A DNA stretch of 64,000 bases from an uncultured delta proteobacterium (GTDB lineage Bacteria > Myxococcota_A > Polyangia > Polyangiales > JAFGIB01): the NCBI GenBank assembly GCA_963778655.1, contig CAVZVA010000010.1:672001-736000 (forward strand), written 5' to 3'. Each line of letters starts with the position of its first letter. Position 1 is the first letter of the stretch. Shown one piece after another: positions 45,054-57,162 of this stretch. The position numbers and the translations under genes were made by a program. The notes beneath the pieces were generated by a model, which worked only from the letters and a program-made list of their open reading frames with translations, had not been told where the DNA came from and did no database searches.

Positions 45054-46187
45054 TCACTTCTTGGGAGCCGGCGCAGCCGCAGTCGTGGGCCTGGCAGGCG
45101 GGGCGACCGCGGCCGCCGGCTTGGCGCCGGCCGCGAGCGCAGCCGCCGGCTTCACGGCGCTCACAGCCGGAGTCGCCTTGGGCGCGGCCGCCACCTTCGT
45201 GGCCTTGGGCGCGGCCGTGGCCACCGCCGCCGGCTTGGCCGAAACCGCCTTCGCCGCGGCTGCGGCGGCCTTCGCGGCCTGGGCCTGTTGCTTCTTCACC
45301 GCCACCGCCGTCGCGGCCGCCGCCTTCTTGGCATTCCTGACCAGTCGGTCCACGTCGCGGTCGAACGCCTTCTCGTCGGTCTGCATGCCGTTGAGCCAGG
45401 TGCTCCAGTGGCGCGTGATCGCCGCCATCGCCACCGCCTCGTTGATCTCGCGCTCGGAGGCGCCCTGCAAACGCGCAAACGCGGTGTCGGAGACGATGCA
45501 GTAGCGACATGGAATCTGCGAGGCCACGCCCAGGCTGATCAGGCTCTTGTACTTGCCGGAGATCGCGGTCGAAGGGCTCATCTCGACGTCGCGCTCTTCC
45601 TTCCACGCGCCGGCCAGCCCCTCGGCCGGAAACTTCTTGATGAAGTCGGGCACGCTGCCGAACGACTGCTGGGCTTCCCGCATGGCGCTGGCCGCATCGG
45701 TGACGTTGATCGGCTTGGGCGGCGCGGCCCCCGCCTGCTTGGCGTGCTCCACCCACTGCGCCACCTCGGCCCTGAACTTGATCAAATTCGTGTCCGTGCC
45801 CTGGATGAACGCGCTCCAGTGCCGCGTGAGCGCCGCCATCACCACGGCCTCCTTGATCTCGGTCTCGCTCGCGCCGTTGAGCTTGGCGAGCTCGGTATGG
45901 GCGTACGCGCAGTACTTGCACGGCACCTGCGCCGCCACGCCCAGGCCGATCAGCTCCTTGATCTTGGCCGGCAGCGCGGTGTTGGGATTCAGCTGCAGGT
46001 TCTTCATCTCTTCCCAAGCGCCCGGCAGCGCCACATCGGGCAGCGCGCTCAGAAAGCCCGGCACGAAGCCGAGGCTCGCCTTGATGTCGGCGCGCGCCGC
46101 ATCGGCGGCCGCCTTGGGGTCCTGGGCCCAACCGGTGACCGGCAACAGGACGAGCCACAGCGCACACGCCAAACCTCTTCGGTTCAT
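45054..46187 (-). CDS. Secreted tandem CMD/AhpD-domain protein with Ala/Lys/Pro-rich tail
   Basis: Signal peptide, two domains with PCKYC and PCRYC and GA.E.EI.EA, tail of about 95 A/K/P-rich residues. Confidence 0.85.
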   Translation of the reverse strand: MNRRGLACALWLVLLPVTGWAQDPKAAADAARADIKASLGFVPGFLSALPDVALPGAWEEMKNLQLNPNTALPAKIKELIGLGVAAQVPCKYCAYAHTELAKLNGASETEIKEAVVMAALTRHWSAFIQGTDTNLIKFRAEVAQWVEHAKQAGAAPPKPINVTDAASAMREAQQSFGSVPDFIKKFPAEGLAGAWKEERDVEMSPSTAISGKYKSLISLGVASQIPCRYCIVSDTAFARLQGASEREINEAVAMAAITRHWSTWLNGMQTDEKAFDRDVDRLVRNAKKAAAATAVAVKKQQAQAAKAAAAAAKAVSAKPAAVATAAPKATKVAAAPKATPAVSAVKPAAALAAGAKPAAAVAPPARPTTAAAPAPKK

Positions 46188-46379
46188 CGGGGGGTCCCTC
46201 CTCCAAGAATGGGGGCGTCCATGAAAGCAACGAATGGGGGCGTGCGCAACGCCCATCACGCCGCGGCTCGGCAGGGCCGAGGCGTGTCCACGGGCTGCCG
46301 GCCGCCGCCCCTGCGCCCTCGGCAGCGAGGGGGACGCGGGATGCGTGACCGCGTGGAATCGGCTAGGACGAAGCGCTCG

Positions 46380-48419
<2,040 letters not shown>

Positions 48420-48536
48420 GACCCGTCGGGAACGCGCACCGGACCGTGGCTGCCGGCCCCGAAGGACGGCGCCAAGCCGAGCACAGCACCAGACCCCGGC
48501 TTGAGCACGCCTACACCGCAAGCTAGGCTGACCGCG

Positions 48537-50348
48537 ATGCGAGGGTTGCTGTGCGGTGCGGCGGCGATGCTGGCCGTGTGCGTGGTCGTGGCCCCCGCTG
48601 CATCGCAGGACGCCGGCTCGTCGCTCGGCCTGATCGAGCTCCACTTTACCCCGGTTCGCTACGCCCAGCTTGCGCTGTGGATCGAGCAGAACGACCAGCT
48701 ACTGGCCACCGTGCGCCTGACCGAAGCGGTCGCCTACCGCGGGATCGGCAACCGGCCCGGCGCCTCGGAGATGAACAGCGGCTTTCGCTGGCCGTACGGG
48801 CGGCGCGAAGGTGCGCTGCCGATCTGGGCCACCCGGCGCGCCGCCGCGCCCGGCGCCAAGCAGTTCCGGCGCGTGATCTTTCAGGACCGCCGCAGCGAGG
48901 GCTACGCCTCGCGCACCAGCACCGACTATTCTCCCGACGATTACTACTGCTTGTCGTTCGATCGCACGCACTCCACCAAGGACGCGCTCGACGCCGTGAG
49001 CTGCGCCAGCGCGTTCAACAGCGACAAGGGTCGCTTCGTCACCGACGCCGACGTGGCCGCGGGGTACGCCGAGCCCTATGAGCACCCGGGCACGCGCACC
49101 GGCGAGATGCGCCCGCTGTCGCTGTTCTCGCTGTATCCGCCGCGCCGCGACCTGACGCCCTGCGGCAGTAGCTCCGGCTGCTATGAGCACGCGGACGTCG
49201 CCAGCTTCGCCGCCGAGGCGGCGGAGGTGATGCCGGACCTCGACGCGGTGACGATGGCGACCCCGCCCGGCGGAATCGAGCAACAGATCCTGTTCTCGGC
49301 GCCTGCCAACTGGCAGCCGGGTGACTACCGCGCGTGCATCGAGGCCAACGTCGAGGGCGATTACAACGACACCTTCAACGACAAGACCCTGCCCACGCCC
49401 ACCGGCCCGGGGCAGAGCCAGAGCTGGGACAGCTGGGCGACCGGCTACGGCTATCCGTACCGCGGCCAGCCGTCGGTCGTGTACTGCACCGACTTCCACC
49501 TGGGCAACCAGACGCAGCAGACCTTCAGCACCGACACGCCCGCGGGCAGCGCCGGCGGCTGGGAGGTGATGGACCCCACCTACGGCACGCTGCAGCCGAT
49601 GACGGGCATGACCGACGATCCGGTGAACGCGCCCGGCAGCGGGGCGGACCGCTTGCAGCTGATGGACGACGGCTATCGCTTCAAGGTGGTGGTCAAGCCC
49701 TCGCTCGCCTGCATGCACGACCAGCCGCCCTCGGCCGTCCACGATCTGCGCGTGAGCCCGTACTCCGACAAGCTGCACGCGCACGAATGGGCGCATCTGA
49801 GCTTCCGCGCGGCCTCCGATGACCAGGGCATCTTCCGCTACGACGTGCGCGTCGCAGCCGATCCCGAGCAGATCACCGACGACGCCTCGTTCACCGCCGC
49901 GATGTCGGCCAAGCAGGCCACGCTCGACGCCCCCGCGCTGGTGGTCCCCGTCAACGCGGCGCCCGGCGGCAACGTGGAGGTCGACTTCGGCGGGCTCAAC
50001 CAGCTCACGCGCTACACGGTGGCCGTGCGCGCGATCGACGGCTGCAATGGCGCCGGACCGATCAGCACCGCCGAGATCACCACGCCCCAGCGCGTGTTCG
50101 CCACCGTCACCCCCTGCTTCGTGGCAACCGCGGCCTATGGCAGCGCGCTGGCCAAGGATGTCGGGGTGCTGCGCCGCTTCCGCGACCGCCAGCTGCAGAA
50201 CGACCGGCTCGGCCGCGCGCTGGTTTCCACGTACTACCGGGTGGGTCCGGCGCTGGCCGACCTGATCCGCGACCGCGACGGGCTGCGCGCCGCGGTCCGC
50301 GCGGCGCTGCGGCCGGCGGTTGCGCTCGCTCGCTGGCTCGATCCTTAG
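48537..50348 (+). CDS. Secreted protein: DUF2271-like region + FN3-like domain + CFI-box-CTERM
   Basis: Signal peptide, QLALWIE, DAVSCAS and DAVTMAT, GDYRACIEANVEG, GL...TRYTVAVRAID, CFVATAAYGS...LRRFRD...YY..GP. Confidence 0.7.
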   Translation: MRGLLCGAAAMLAVCVVVAPAASQDAGSSLGLIELHFTPVRYAQLALWIEQNDQLLATVRLTEAVAYRGIGNRPGASEMNSGFRWPYGRREGALPIWATRRAAAPGAKQFRRVIFQDRRSEGYASRTSTDYSPDDYYCLSFDRTHSTKDALDAVSCASAFNSDKGRFVTDADVAAGYAEPYEHPGTRTGEMRPLSLFSLYPPRRDLTPCGSSSGCYEHADVASFAAEAAEVMPDLDAVTMATPPGGIEQQILFSAPANWQPGDYRACIEANVEGDYNDTFNDKTLPTPTGPGQSQSWDSWATGYGYPYRGQPSVVYCTDFHLGNQTQQTFSTDTPAGSAGGWEVMDPTYGTLQPMTGMTDDPVNAPGSGADRLQLMDDGYRFKVVVKPSLACMHDQPPSAVHDLRVSPYSDKLHAHEWAHLSFRAASDDQGIFRYDVRVAADPEQITDDASFTAAMSAKQATLDAPALVVPVNAAPGGNVEVDFGGLNQLTRYTVAVRAIDGCNGAGPISTAEITTPQRVFATVTPCFVATAAYGSALAKDVGVLRRFRDRQLQNDRLGRALVSTYYRVGPALADLIRDRDGLRAAVRAALRPAVALARWLDP

Positions 50349-50420
50349 GCACCCGCAGCGCAGCTCATCTCTGTTAGAGTGCGCGGCGAGCACGGCCGCC
50401 CCTGAACCCAGCGATCGCCC

Positions 50421-50660
50421 ATGTTGACACCGATTCCACTCAAACGCGCGTTGCTCGGCGCGTGGCTCGCGGCCTGCATCGCCGCGCTGTCCGGCTGCAC
50501 CCATGTGGCCCCGTACCAGCGCGAGTACCTCGCCCGGCCCGGCATGGACGTCAAGGAGCGCGAGGCGCTGCGCTCGCAGTTCTACGCCCACGTGTTCGAA
50601 GCCCGCGAGGGCGCGATGCCCACCTCCGAGCACGCAGGCGGCGGATGCGGCTGCAACTAG
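50421..50660 (+). CDS. DUF4266 lipoprotein
   Basis: LSGC..VAPYQR.YLA.P.M, H...AREGA, GGGCGCN*. Confidence 0.92.
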   Translation: MLTPIPLKRALLGAWLAACIAALSGCTHVAPYQREYLARPGMDVKEREALRSQFYAHVFEAREGAMPTSEHAGGGCGCN

Positions 50661-52219
50661 GTGTTAACGGGAGGGGCACGCGCCCCTCCCGCCCCACCGG
50701 CAAAGCCGTTGGGGCCCCTCCCTCCCCCGAGGCTCGCTGCGCTCGCGCGCGCTCGGATTACTGTTCGCCTTCAGGCACGCGCCCCTCCCGCCCCACCGGC
50801 AAAGCCGTTGGGGCCCCTCCCTCCCCCGAGGCTCGCTGCGCTCGCGCGCGCTCGGATTACTGTTCGCCTTCAGGCACGCGCCCCTCCCGCCCCACCGGCA
50901 AAGCCGTTGGGGCCCCTCCCTCCCCCGGGGCTCGCTGCGCTCGCGCGCGCTCGGATTACTGTTCGCCTTCAGGCACGCGCCCCTCCCGCCCCACCGGCAA
51001 AGCCGTTGGGGCCCCTCCCTCCCCCGAGGCTCGCTGCGCTCGCGCGCGCTCGGATTACTGTTCGCCTTCAGGCACGCGCCCCTCCCGCCCGTGGAGGCGC
51101 GCAGCTCGCCTCGGCTGGGCAGTGGTGCTCGGCTGCGTGGGGTTGCTCGCGGCATTGCCTGCTCGTGCGGACGAGAGCAGCGGCACCTGGTCGGGCTCGG
51201 TCGAGGGGCGCGGCAACTACTACTGGGAGCGCTCCACGCGCGTGGTGGTGCCCGACGTCAAAGTGAAGATCGTCTCGCCCAACGGGGTACGCGTGGGAGT
51301 GGGCTACCTGATCGACGCCATCACCAGCGCCAGCATCGCCGCCGCGGTGACCAGCGACCAGGTCAAGACCGAGCTGCGCCACGGCGTTCACGCCGACGTG
51401 GGCAAGGAATTCGACCTCGGCGGATCGCAGCTCGATCTCTCGCTCAACGGCGCCTACAGCACCGAAAACGACTACAAGTCGTTCATCTACGGCCTGATCG
51501 CGAGCCTGACCTGGAACGAGAAGAACACCCGTGTCTCGCTGGCGGCCTCGCGCGTGCAGGACCGCGTGCTGAGCAACGCCGACAAGAGCTTCGAGCGCCC
51601 ACTGACCGGCCTCATGCTCAGCCCGAGCCTGGAGCAGGTGATCTCGCCGGTGCTGGTGGTGTCGCTTTCCTACCAGCTCGGCTATCTGCAGGGCTACCTC
51701 GGCAATCCGTATCGCCGCGCGGTGTTCGACGCCCACGCGCCCGACCGGGAATCCCCGCCCGAAACGCGCTTCCGACACGCGGTCAGCGGACGCTTGATGT
51801 GGCACCTGCCCAGCAGCAACACCTCGCTGCACTTGATCTACACCGCCTACGGCGATTCCTGGGACATCGCCGCGATCAGCCCGGAGCTGCGCATCTACCA
51901 ACAGATCGGTCGCGACCTGCTGCTGCGACCGCGCTATCGCTTCTATGTCCAGACTGCGGCGTATTTCGCGCCACCCCCGAGTGGCAAGTACCCGGCGAGC
52001 TACAAGGACGGGGACCCCACCACCAACGACCCGAAGCTGGTCGCGATGCACACGCACACGCTCGGGCTCGCGGTCGAGTACCGCTTGGGTTTTCTGGCCG
52101 GCGGCGTGCTCGACTTTGCCAAGGACGCGTGGCTCGACATCGGCTTCGACCGCTACTGGTCGAGCACGGCCTTCGGCAACGGCATCATCGGCAGCGCCGG
52201 CGGCCGGCTGACGTTCTGA
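50645..52219 (+). CDS. DUF3570 outer-membrane beta-barrel protein with a 99-bp repeat array in its N-terminus
   Basis: ATG (MRLQL) overlaps the DUF4266 GCGCN end; DAITSAS, STENDYKS, GYL.NPYR, E.PP..R, DSWDI, RYRFY.QTAA.F, C-terminal F. Start position uncertain. Confidence 0.8.
   Translation: MRLQLGVNGRGTRPSRPTGKAVGAPPSPEARCARARSDYCSPSGTRPSRPTGKAVGAPPSPEARCARARSDYCSPSGTRPSRPTGKAVGAPPSPGARCARARSDYCSPSGTRPSRPTGKAVGAPPSPEARCARARSDYCSPSGTRPSRPWRRAARLGWAVVLGCVGLLAALPARADESSGTWSGSVEGRGNYYWERSTRVVVPDVKVKIVSPNGVRVGVGYLIDAITSASIAAAVTSDQVKTELRHGVHADVGKEFDLGGSQLDLSLNGAYSTENDYKSFIYGLIASLTWNEKNTRVSLAASRVQDRVLSNADKSFERPLTGLMLSPSLEQVISPVLVVSLSYQLGYLQGYLGNPYRRAVFDAHAPDRESPPETRFRHAVSGRLMWHLPSSNTSLHLIYTAYGDSWDIAAISPELRIYQQIGRDLLLRPRYRFYVQTAAYFAPPPSGKYPASYKDGDPTTNDPKLVAMHTHTLGLAVEYRLGFLAGGVLDFAKDAWLDIGFDRYWSSTAFGNGIIGSAGGRLTF
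50668..51090 (+). repeat. 99-bp tandem array (4 full copies + 20 bp) of the ACGC-loop family
   Basis: Units start at 50675, 50774, 50873, 50972 and 51071; one substitution seen, in unit 3; first copy has the perfect hairpin cgggaggggc-ACGC-gcccctcccg. Confidence 0.95.
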
Positions 52220-52234
52220 CTCGAGCCTGCACGC

Positions 52235-52783
52235 TCACATGCGAAACACGCTGAAGCGCTGGCGTACCAGCGGCTCGAATTCTTGCAGCGGCAGCACGGG
52301 ATAGCTCGGGTCGAACGCAGCCTGATCCCACTCGTCGGTGAACCGCTCGGCCAGCGCGTACCAGGGCTCGTGCCGGTAGCGCTCGCGCAAGTTGCTCGGC
52401 TGCCCGAAGTGCGCGTAGTAATGACGTCCCTGGAAGTCCTGGTGTGTGAGCACCACCTGGTAGACGTCGTCCGAGACGTACTTGCGCAGGATCGCGGCGG
52501 AGATCTCCGCGTGATTCGGGATCGAGATCGCCTTACCGAGGTCATGGCAGAGCGCAGCCAGCACCACCTCGTCGGAGGCATTCGCGCGCCGCGCCATGGT
52601 CGCGGTCTGCAGCGCGTGGTGAAGCTGGCTCACGCCGAATCCGCCGTACAGATCGCCGAGCTGACGCAGCAACTGCAGGATGCCTTCTGGCACGTCCTGC
52701 TGCGCCTTCTGGGTCTCGAGCGCGATGTGCGACCACTGCTCGAGATTGCTCTCGTCCATACGGGTGAAATGTTGCGGTGCCAT
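52235..52783 (-). CDS. HD-domain metalloprotein (PhnZ/MIOX-like)
   Basis: HALQTAT, ALCHDLGK, NHA, HQDFQG, WDQAAFDP; GGAGGAG RBS. Confidence 0.85.
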   Translation of the reverse strand: MAPQHFTRMDESNLEQWSHIALETQKAQQDVPEGILQLLRQLGDLYGGFGVSQLHHALQTATMARRANASDEVVLAALCHDLGKAISIPNHAEISAAILRKYVSDDVYQVVLTHQDFQGRHYYAHFGQPSNLRERYRHEPWYALAERFTDEWDQAAFDPSYPVLPLQEFEPLVRQRFSVFRM

Positions 52784-53137
52784 TGGCTCTCCTCCGTGGT
52801 TCCCAGTATGGCACGTGTCCGGGCCCTTGCATCCGCGGCGGCCCTTGCATCGTGGCCGGGACGATACACATTGAGTGTGTGCGGCCGCACGCGTCACGCG
52901 TCTGCGTGTGACAGCAGAGACGGCCGCATCGTGGCCGGGGCGCGGCGGTCGCAAGGGCACCCCCTCCCAACGACTGCCGCCCCCGCGCCACCTATTTCTG
53001 GCGCGCGAGCCAAGCGCGCGCCGGCGGTGTAGACTGCCGCTTCCGGGCGCGGCGCGGCCGTGCAACGAAGGCCCGGTGTCGAGCTCTCGTCACGGCCGTC
53101 CCTTGCGGCCCCCAACCACGTAGGAAGCGAGCCAAGC

Positions 53138-53641
53138 ATGACCCAAACGCAAACGATCGCCGCCGGCAAGGTGGTGGCGCTGCACTACACCTTGCACGAC
53201 GAAGCCGGCGCGTTGATCGACGGCTCGCAGGGCGAGGATCCGCTCTACTACCTGCACGGCGCCGACAACCTGGTGCCGGGGCTGGAGGCCGCGCTCGAGG
53301 GCCGGGCGGTGGGCGAAAAGCTCAGCGTGACGGTGCCGCCCGAAGAGGGCTACGGCCCCCGCCAGGGCCCGGGACCGCAGGCGGTGCCGCGCGAGGCCTT
53401 TCCCAAGGACGCCGAGATCGAGCAGGGCATGCCCTTCTGCGTCGAGAACGAGCAGGGCGAGGAGATAGACCTGTGGGTCGCGCGGGTGGAAGGCGATCAG
53501 GTTTTCGTCGACGTCAATCACCCGCTGGCCGGCGTCACCCTGTGCTTCGACGTCGAGGTGGTGGAGGTCCGCGATGCCACCGCGGCCGAGCAACTGCACG
53601 GCCATCCCCACGGTCCAGGTAGCGATCAGCACCACGACTGA
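53138..53641 (+). CDS. slyD: FKBP-type peptidyl-prolyl isomerase SlyD
   Basis: V.LHYTL, YLHG, GLE.AL, P.EGYG, DVNHPLAG, HGHPH tail. Confidence 0.93.
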   Translation: MTQTQTIAAGKVVALHYTLHDEAGALIDGSQGEDPLYYLHGADNLVPGLEAALEGRAVGEKLSVTVPPEEGYGPRQGPGPQAVPREAFPKDAEIEQGMPFCVENEQGEEIDLWVARVEGDQVFVDVNHPLAGVTLCFDVEVVEVRDATAAEQLHGHPHGPGSDQHHD

Positions 53642-53663
53642 GCCCCGCGGCTGCTCGATCGCC

Positions 53664-54572
53664 TCAAACCCGCTCGAGCACTTGCTGCAGCTCGGGCGGC
53701 AGCTCCGCGCGCACGTGCAGCTCGGCGCCGCCGTGTGGGTGCGGCAGCCGTAGCTCGGCGGCGTGCAGGAAGTGCCGCTGCAAGCCCTCGAGCTCGGGGC
53801 CGCCGTACAGCGCGTCGCCCGCCAGCGCGTGGCCGAGCGCGGCCAGGTGGGCGCGGATCTGATGGCGCCCGGCGCGCGGCACCCGTGCCTGCACCAGCGA
53901 AAACCTGCCGTGCGGGCGCGCCTCGATCAGCTCGGTCTGCACCGCGCGCGCGCGCCCGAACGCTCGCTCGCGCACGCTTACGCGCCGTCCGTGCGCCGAG
54001 AGCCACGCGGCGTGCAGCGCGGGCGCCGCCACCTGGCCCGCGCACAGCGCCAGGTAGCGCTTGTCGATCGCGCTTGCCTCGAGCAACGCGCGCAGCGCCG
54101 CGAAGGTGCCCGCGTCGCGCGCGACCAGCATCAGGCCCGAGGTGTCCTGGTCGAGGCGGTGGACCAGCCCGGGCTCGCGCGGCGAGTAGCCGACCCCGGC
54201 TAGCTCCGGATAGCGGGCGAGCAGCGCCGACGCGAGCGTGCCGCGCTCGCCGGCGCGCAGCGGGTGCGCGGCCATGCCCGCCGGCTTGTCCACCACGAGC
54301 AGGAACCGGTCCTCGAAGCACACCCGCAGCCGCTGCGCGGCGGCCGCGTCGGGCACGGCAGCCGCGCTCGCAGGCAGCTCGGCCGCGGTGACCCGATCGC
54401 CTTGACGCAGGCGCATCCCTGCCGGCACCCTGCGGCCGTTGACGCGCACCATGCCCGCCTCGATCAGCCTTCGAAGCGCAGCCCGGCCCAGCCCCGCGAA
54501 CCGCTCGCGCATGAAGAGGTCGAGCCGTTGGCCTTCGGCCTCGGGTCCTGCCACGATTTCCTGCGCGCTCAT
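53664..54572 (-). CDS. RluA/RluD-family pseudouridine synthase
   Basis: S4 domain, [29 protein letters not shown]. Confidence 0.93.
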   Translation of the reverse strand: MSAQEIVAGPEAEGQRLDLFMRERFAGLGRAALRRLIEAGMVRVNGRRVPAGMRLRQGDRVTAAELPASAAAVPDAAAAQRLRVCFEDRFLLVVDKPAGMAAHPLRAGERGTLASALLARYPELAGVGYSPREPGLVHRLDQDTSGLMLVARDAGTFAALRALLEASAIDKRYLALCAGQVAAPALHAAWLSAHGRRVSVRERAFGRARAVQTELIEARPHGRFSLVQARVPRAGRHQIRAHLAALGHALAGDALYGGPELEGLQRHFLHAAELRLPHPHGGAELHVRAELPPELQQVLERV

Positions 54573-54622
54573 CGGGGTCGGCTACTCCGCTGACCCTCGA
54601 GGGTGTAGGAGTGACTGAGCCG

Positions 54623-55717
54623 ATGCGAGCGGCAAAGCGCGACTATTATGAGCTTCTGGGCGTGGCCCGCTCCGCCACGGAGGTGGAGGTCAAGGCGGCG
54701 TATCGCAGGCTCGCGATAAAGTATCACCCCGATCACAACCCCGACAATACCGAGGCCGAAGACGCTTTCAAGGACGTCACCGAGGCTTATGCCGTGCTCA
54801 GCGACGCCGAAAAGCGGCGTCGCTACGACCAGCTGGGCCACGCCGGCTTCGGGGGTATCGAGGGCTTCGGGAGCCCGGATCTAGGTAGCATCGGCGATAT
54901 GTTGGAGGGCTTCTTCGACGAGGTGTTCGGTCGCCGCGGCTCGGACCGCATGCCCAAGGACCTGCGCTACAACCTCGAGCTCTGCTTCGAGGAGGCTGCG
55001 CTCGGGGTCGAGAAGGTGATCGAGTACCGGCGCCAGGAGCTGTGCGACCGCTGCCAGGGCCGGCGCGCGGACCCGAGCGCCGCCATGCCCGAGTGCCCGG
55101 CCTGCCGCGGGCGGGGCGAGGTGCGCTTCCAGCGTGGCTTCTTCGTCGCCTCGCGGCCCTGCAGCAGCTGCGAGGGCACGGGCGTGCGCGCCGAGGCCCG
55201 CTGCAGCCAGTGTCGGGGCATCGGCAGCCTAGCCAAGCAACAGCGCCTCACGGTCAAGGTGCCTGCGGGTGTGGAGGACGGCGCGGTGCGGAGCTTGCGC
55301 GGCGCCGGCGAGCAGACGTCCAACGGCAGCGGCGATCTGCACGTGCACATCCGCGTCCACCCGCACCCGCTGTTCACCCGCGACGGCGCCGACATCCACT
55401 GCGAGGTACCGGTCAGCTTCCCGCAGGCCGCGCTCGGCGCGCAGATCGAGGTGCCCACGCTCGAGGGCAAGGTGACGATGAAGCTCCCGCAAGGCACGCA
55501 GTCGGGCAAGCAGTTCCGCCTGCGCGGCAAGGGGCTGCCGGTGTTCGGCGGCTACGGCAAGGGCGACCTGCTGGTCACCGTCTCGGTGGAGGTGCCGCAG
55601 CAGCTCAGCGAACGGCAGCGCGCCTTGATGGAACAGCTGGCCGAGGCGATGGAGAGCGAGGCGCCGCTGCCGCAGCGGCAGGGCTTCCTCGACAAGCTCA
55701 AACACCTGTTCGAGTGA
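54623..55717 (+). CDS. dnaJ: Molecular chaperone DnaJ
   Basis: [11 protein letters not shown], four CxxCxG motifs, C-terminal substrate-binding domain. Confidence 0.95.
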   Translation: MRAAKRDYYELLGVARSATEVEVKAAYRRLAIKYHPDHNPDNTEAEDAFKDVTEAYAVLSDAEKRRRYDQLGHAGFGGIEGFGSPDLGSIGDMLEGFFDEVFGRRGSDRMPKDLRYNLELCFEEAALGVEKVIEYRRQELCDRCQGRRADPSAAMPECPACRGRGEVRFQRGFFVASRPCSSCEGTGVRAEARCSQCRGIGSLAKQQRLTVKVPAGVEDGAVRSLRGAGEQTSNGSGDLHVHIRVHPHPLFTRDGADIHCEVPVSFPQAALGAQIEVPTLEGKVTMKLPQGTQSGKQFRLRGKGLPVFGGYGKGDLLVTVSVEVPQQLSERQRALMEQLAEAMESEAPLPQRQGFLDKLKHLFE

Positions 55718-55801
55718 GGCGATGCGCGCGAAAGCCGAGCACGCTGCACGCAGCGAGCGAATTGCGGAGCACGGCCCCGGGCGCCACCCGGCGCGGCGGC
55801 C

Positions 55802-57103
55802 ATGACGCTCGACCTGACGCGACTCTCGGACACGCTGGCCGGCACCGAGACGGTCGCCACGCTGGGCCGGTTGCGCTCGGTGGTGGGTCTGGCGATCGAG
55901 GCCGACATTCCCGGCATCCGCCTGGGTGAGCTGTGCGAGATCGAGCGCCAGCACGGCGCACCGCTGCTGGCCGAGGTGGTCGGCTTCCGAGACCAGGCGG
56001 CCACCTTGCTGCCGCTGGGACGCGCGGAGGGCCTGGGCGCCGACGACCTGGTGCGGCCGTGCGAGCGCCGCCTGAGCGTGGCGTTCGGGCCCGGGCTGCT
56101 GGGGCGCGTGCTGGACGGTCTGGGCGAGCCGATGGACGGCGGACCGCCGATCGAAGGCGCGCGGCTGGAGGTGATGGCCGCAGCCCCGAGCCCGATCAGC
56201 CGCCCGCGGGTGCAGCACCGGCTCACCACCGGCGTGCGCGTGCTCGACGCGTTCGTGGCGCTGGCCGAAGGGCAGCGCATCGGACTGTTCGCAGGCAGTG
56301 GTGTAGGCAAGAGCAGCCTGCTCGGGCAGATTGCGCGCCAGGCCGACACCGACGTGTTCGTGGCTTGCCTGGTGGGCGAGCGCGGGCGCGAGCTCAACGA
56401 TTTCCTGCAGGACGCGTTGGGCGAGCGCGGCCGCCGCCGCGGCGTGGTGGTGTGCGCCGGAGCCGATAGCCCGCCGCTGGTGCGCATGAAGTGCCCGTAC
56501 GTGGCCACCGCCATCGCCGAGGGCTTCCGCGATCAGGGCAAGCGCGTGCTGCTGCTGATGGACAGCGTGACGCGCTTTGCACGCGCGGCGCGCGACGTGG
56601 GGCTGGCCGCGGGCGAGGCCCCGGTGCGGCGCGGCTACCCGCCGAGCGTGTTCGCAGCGCTGCCTGCGCTGGTCGAGCGCGCCGGCACGGCGCCGGCCGG
56701 TTCCATCACCGCGCTCTACAGCGTGCTGGTCGAAGGCGAGGACCTCGACGAGCCGATCGCCGATGAGCTGCGCGGCGTGCTCGACGGCCACATCGTGCTG
56801 CGGCGCGCGCTGGCCAGCCGCGGCCATTACCCGGCGGTCGACGTGCCGGCCAGCCTGTCGCGGCTAATGGAGCGCGTGGCCGGTGAGCGCGAGCGCGCGG
56901 CCGCCACCGCGGTGCGGGCGCATATCGCGGTCTACGAGCAGAAGCGGGATTTGCTGTCGCTCGGCGCCTACGCACCGGGTAGCGACGCGCAGCTCGACGC
57001 CGCGCTGCAGCGCATCGAGCGGATCGAGCGCTTCCTGCGGCAGGACGCCCGCGAGCCCTGCCCGCTCGAGCGCACGCTCGGCGACCTGCACGCGCTGGTC
57101 TGA
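55802..57103 (+). CDS. FliI/SctN(YscN)-family export ATPase
   Basis: GQRIGLFAGSGVGKS, GERGRE, MDSVTRFA, GYPPSVF, ERAG, GSITA, LDGHIVL, HYPAVDV.ASLSR. Confidence 0.92.
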   Translation: MTLDLTRLSDTLAGTETVATLGRLRSVVGLAIEADIPGIRLGELCEIERQHGAPLLAEVVGFRDQAATLLPLGRAEGLGADDLVRPCERRLSVAFGPGLLGRVLDGLGEPMDGGPPIEGARLEVMAAAPSPISRPRVQHRLTTGVRVLDAFVALAEGQRIGLFAGSGVGKSSLLGQIARQADTDVFVACLVGERGRELNDFLQDALGERGRRRGVVVCAGADSPPLVRMKCPYVATAIAEGFRDQGKRVLLLMDSVTRFARAARDVGLAAGEAPVRRGYPPSVFAALPALVERAGTAPAGSITALYSVLVEGEDLDEPIADELRGVLDGHIVLRRALASRGHYPAVDVPASLSRLMERVAGERERAAATAVRAHIAVYEQKRDLLSLGAYAPGSDAQLDAALQRIERIERFLRQDAREPCPLERTLGDLHALV

Positions 57104-57126
57104 GCCCACGTGCTATCGGCGGAGCC

Positions 57127-57162
57127 TTGCCCGACGGGCGGGAGGGTCGCGTGACCCTCCCG
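57127..57162 (-). repeat. ACGC-loop family element (truncated) abutting the recF stop
   Basis: Perfect stem cgggagggtc-ACGC-gaccctcccg on the minus strand; 2 mismatches to 17325-17360. Confidence 0.85.

Noticed and set aside
50675..51090. 99-bp array as a CRISPR array
   Set aside because: Units are essentially identical end to end with no unique spacers, and there are no cas genes in the window.
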